From an uncultured virus (IMG/VR IMGVR_UViG_3300003962_000201) (Duplodnaviria; Heunggongvirae; Uroviricota; Caudoviricetes), in IMG/VR virus record IMGVR_UViG_3300003962_000201: a DNA stretch of 20,000 nucleotides. The stretch is one strand, 5' to 3'. A program made the position numbers and the translations under genes. The notes under the pieces are model-generated. The model saw only the letters and a program-made list of their open reading frames with translations. It did no database searches and was not told the origin of the DNA. Shown in pieces: positions 17,578 to 20,000 of this stretch. Position 1 is the stretch's first letter. Every line of letters begins with the position of its first letter.

Positions 17578-20000
17578 ATGGCTAATGAAATTAAAATAAA
17601 AGATAAATCATCTGTTATTGCTTTATCAAAGAAAAGAATTATTGTTGAAAACGAGATTTACAACGAAACGCCATTTTCCGCAGGAATAACGGGAGCCCCC
17701 GGGATTGCAGATAATTTGAGAGGCCGACTTGATGCTTTTTGGAACAAAGGAAAGTTCCAAGGTGTAAGTATCATAAAGCCGGTCATTATCCAGTATCAAC
17801 CGGCGGCAACCATTTCATCATCTTCATTCGGGGAGTTCGAGCAAAAATTTAAATTAACAGCAAATTCCGCATTTTACAGAGATTTAAAGGATTTGTATTG
17901 GAAATCTTTTATTTCCAAAGATTTTTTGGTTGGAAATACGAATACAAGAAATACAAAACTTCTTCAAGATGTTGTTCAAATTTTAAAGACATTTGCGAAC
18001 GGAGAAGTCCTAACAAATAAAGATTTACAGGTTGTAAGTCTTGCTGGTGAAGAGGTTAAAGGGGTTTTGACTGAAACGGAGACTTTAACGCTAAATAACA
18101 TTTTAAGAGGCAACCAAACAGGAAACATAAGAGAAGGAACATTAAGATTAATAGGAACTCTTGAAAGAGAAAGTCTTAAACCTCAATTTCCTCCGGCGGT
18201 TTCCATCGAGCAACCTCCGCAAGTTCTTATTGTTAATGAGGTTCCTCGCGAGGTCGCCCCAAGAGGCCCTATCGAAATCCCTGTTGATTCCACCTTCAAG
18301 GTTAATCAGGTCTTTACCGACCACGCTTGCGATGCTCCGGCGGCGTATTCAAAAGAAGAAATCTCAAATCTTAAAATAACCATCGGCGGCTTGTTCGCGG
18401 ATGTTTTAACAAATTATAATTTCTTTATTGAGCCCTATGAACGGATGCTTGACGATGCAACCATCCCCGAAACACTCCTGCCTTCGTTATACGCCTTTGG
18501 AACGGAAAGGGAACCCGAGTACCTCGACGACCACGATACGATAATGGAGGCCCACCTAACGCTTTATAATGCCATTCCTGATGTTTTTGTTGATGCCGTC
18601 AATTCTCGTGGAGAAAAAATAGGAGAAACAGATAAAGGAGAATACTTTGATAAATTCTCTTATCACTTTAATGAATTTCAACAAAACAATAGACAGGGTT
18701 TTGATACATTATCATCAAGATTTACGAATTTGGTTGTTGGAACAAACAATTTTAAGACATCGCAAGATTATAATAACATCAAATTTGTTATGCCGATGTA
18801 TAACGAAATAACATTTAAGACCGATGTTAGAACCGAAATAGCAACCGCATTAAATCAATCAAAATTATCATCACAATTGATTGTTGATACGATTGAAAAT
18901 AAAATGGGCTCCTCGCAAAAACTCTTCGCGGTGATGACGCAAGATAGAAGAGACCCTGATAATTCTAGAATAGACAGCGTCATCAATTATAAAACGGAAC
19001 AAGAATTAAAGATTTGGAATTTTGACGATTGGATTGAAAATTACTTTCAAAGGCCAAACACCTTCTCCAACCTTAATTCAATTGTTTTCGTTGGGAAAAG
19101 ACAAGATGACGATAAAATGACTTATGATACATCTTATCGGTTCCTGAAAAACATTTCTTTTATCATTCTTAAAGGCGTTATTAAAACTTATGTTAAAAAT
19201 AAAATGCGAACCTTTGAAGAAATGATGAAAGGTAAGAAGGCACACACGGAAACTTTATTTTATAGAGTTGATAAAATTGATAAAAGAACCGGAAATCTTA
19301 TTCAAAGTTTCTTTTTGGCGAATTCTAACGAGGTTGATACGGCGACTTTCGTGGATAGTCAAGTCAAATACGGAAAAGAATACGATTATAAAATTTATCT
19401 TATCAACATCGTTGTTGGAACAGAATACCAATACGAAGTTTTAAGCGTTTCAAATACCGATGCGGAAGTCAAAGCGATTTACAAACCTTCGGTCAAGATG
19501 ATAGAAATTCCGTTTTATCAAGAAACCATCAAAGTTTTTGATGCACCCCCGATAAGACCGGATGTTTCAATTTATCCTTATTATTCAACCAATAATAAAA
19601 TAAAATTTGTCTTAAATAATGGAATTGGAAGAGAAAAAGAGTTTCCTATCTTAATTCAGCCGCAGGACAACGCATCTTTTAGAGATGTTCGTATGGCTCA
19701 AAAGGTTTCAAGCGACAAGCCGATAGAATTTGAGAGTGACGACATTCCTTCGGCATTTCAAATTTTTAGGCTTGAAAGCGAGCCGATAAATTATCAAGAT
19801 TTCGCGGGAGCAACAATAAAAATAAAAGAAACAGATGTTGATAGAGAAAGCGCCTTGAAGGCTTCTTCAACCGCGATTATTGACGAAATTGAGCCAAATA
19901 AGAAGTATTATTACACATTCCGGACGGTTGATGTTCATGGAAAAATCTCAAACCCGACATCCGTTTTCCAAATTGAGATGATTGACGACCAAGGAACCAT
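17578..20000 (+). CDS. Large hypothetical protein (>=807 aa, 3'-truncated) with fibronectin type III-like motifs; absent from the supplied ORF track
   Basis: Manual translation from ATG 17578 (MANEIKIKDKSSVIALSKKRII...) has no stop before the window end. FN3-like strand patterns 'FVDSQVKYGKEYDYKIY' (19348-19398) and 'IIDEIEPNKKYYYTFRTVDVHGKISNP' (19876-19956). Confidence 0.85.
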   Translation, partial: MANEIKIKDKSSVIALSKKRIIVENEIYNETPFSAGITGAPGIADNLRGRLDAFWNKGKFQGVSIIKPVIIQYQPAATISSSSFGEFEQKFKLTANSAFYRDLKDLYWKSFISKDFLVGNTNTRNTKLLQDVVQILKTFANGEVLTNKDLQVVSLAGEEVKGVLTETETLTLNNILRGNQTGNIREGTLRLIGTLERESLKPQFPPAVSIEQPPQVLIVNEVPREVAPRGPIEIPVDSTFKVNQVFTDHACDAPAAYSKEEISNLKITIGGLFADVLTNYNFFIEPYERMLDDATIPETLLPSLYAFGTEREPEYLDDHDTIMEAHLTLYNAIPDVFVDAVNSRGEKIGETDKGEYFDKFSYHFNEFQQNNRQGFDTLSSRFTNLVVGTNNFKTSQDYNNIKFVMPMYNEITFKTDVRTEIATALNQSKLSSQLIVDTIENKMGSSQKLFAVMTQDRRDPDNSRIDSVINYKTEQELKIWNFDDWIENYFQRPNTFSNLNSIVFVGKRQDDDKMTYDTSYRFLKNISFIILKGVIKTYVKNKMRTFEEMMKGKKAHTETLFYRVDKIDKRTGNLIQSFFLANSNEVDTATFVDSQVKYGKEYDYKIYLINIVVGTEYQYEVLSVSNTDAEVKAIYKPSVKMIEIPFYQETIKVFDAPPIRPDVSIYPYYSTNNKIKFVLNNGIGREKEFPILIQPQDNASFRDVRMAQKVSSDKPIEFESDDIPSAFQIFRLESEPINYQDFAGATIKIKETDVDRESALKASSTAIIDEIEPNKKYYYTFRTVDVHGKISNPTSVFQIEMIDDQGT

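Noticed and set aside
2438..18379. Short alternative-frame and minus-strand ORFs in the track (60-160 aa, e.g. 3296-3778, 6042-6395, 17193-17498, 18161-18379)
   Set aside because: All lie wholly or almost wholly within long + strand genes, have no recognisable motifs, and look like shadow ORFs. 18161-18379 lies inside the unlisted 17578 ORF.
1..20000. Alternative genetic code (stop-codon reassignment)
   Set aside because: The standard code gives nearly complete coding density with long, unfragmented ORFs. All the main genes end in TAA, but no in-frame TAG or TGA needs to be read through.
1..20000. tRNA, rRNA, ncRNA or intrinsic terminators
   Set aside because: Intergenic gaps are under 30 nt, and I saw no convincing hairpin plus U-tract or tRNA-like pattern.

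Overview
AT-rich, densely coding window with every convincing gene on the + strand. It reads as the baseplate/tail structural operon of a large contractile-tailed (jumbo myovirus-like) phage. Gene order: truncated Pro-rich ORF; gp25-like baseplate wedge; gp6/baseplate-J-like wedge; DNRLRE/CBM96-like protein; 2760-aa protein with a gp7/P2-gpI-like 'KGT' motif and two LamG-like domains; metzincin (matrixin-like) metalloprotease with a lipoprotein-type signal; then three uncharacterised proteins. The last of these (17578 to the window end) is missing from the supplied ORF track. The most striking signal is compositional. By manual scan the palindrome ATAT occurs only once in 20 kb, while AATT, TTAA and TATA are common, and synonymous codons avoid ATAT in all three frames. 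This suggests selection by an unrecognised ATAT-targeting system. GATC and ACGT are also scarce. A TAATTA motif recurs just upstream of several start codons that lack a Shine-Dalgarno site. All family assignments come from motif recognition by eye, and all counts are manual.
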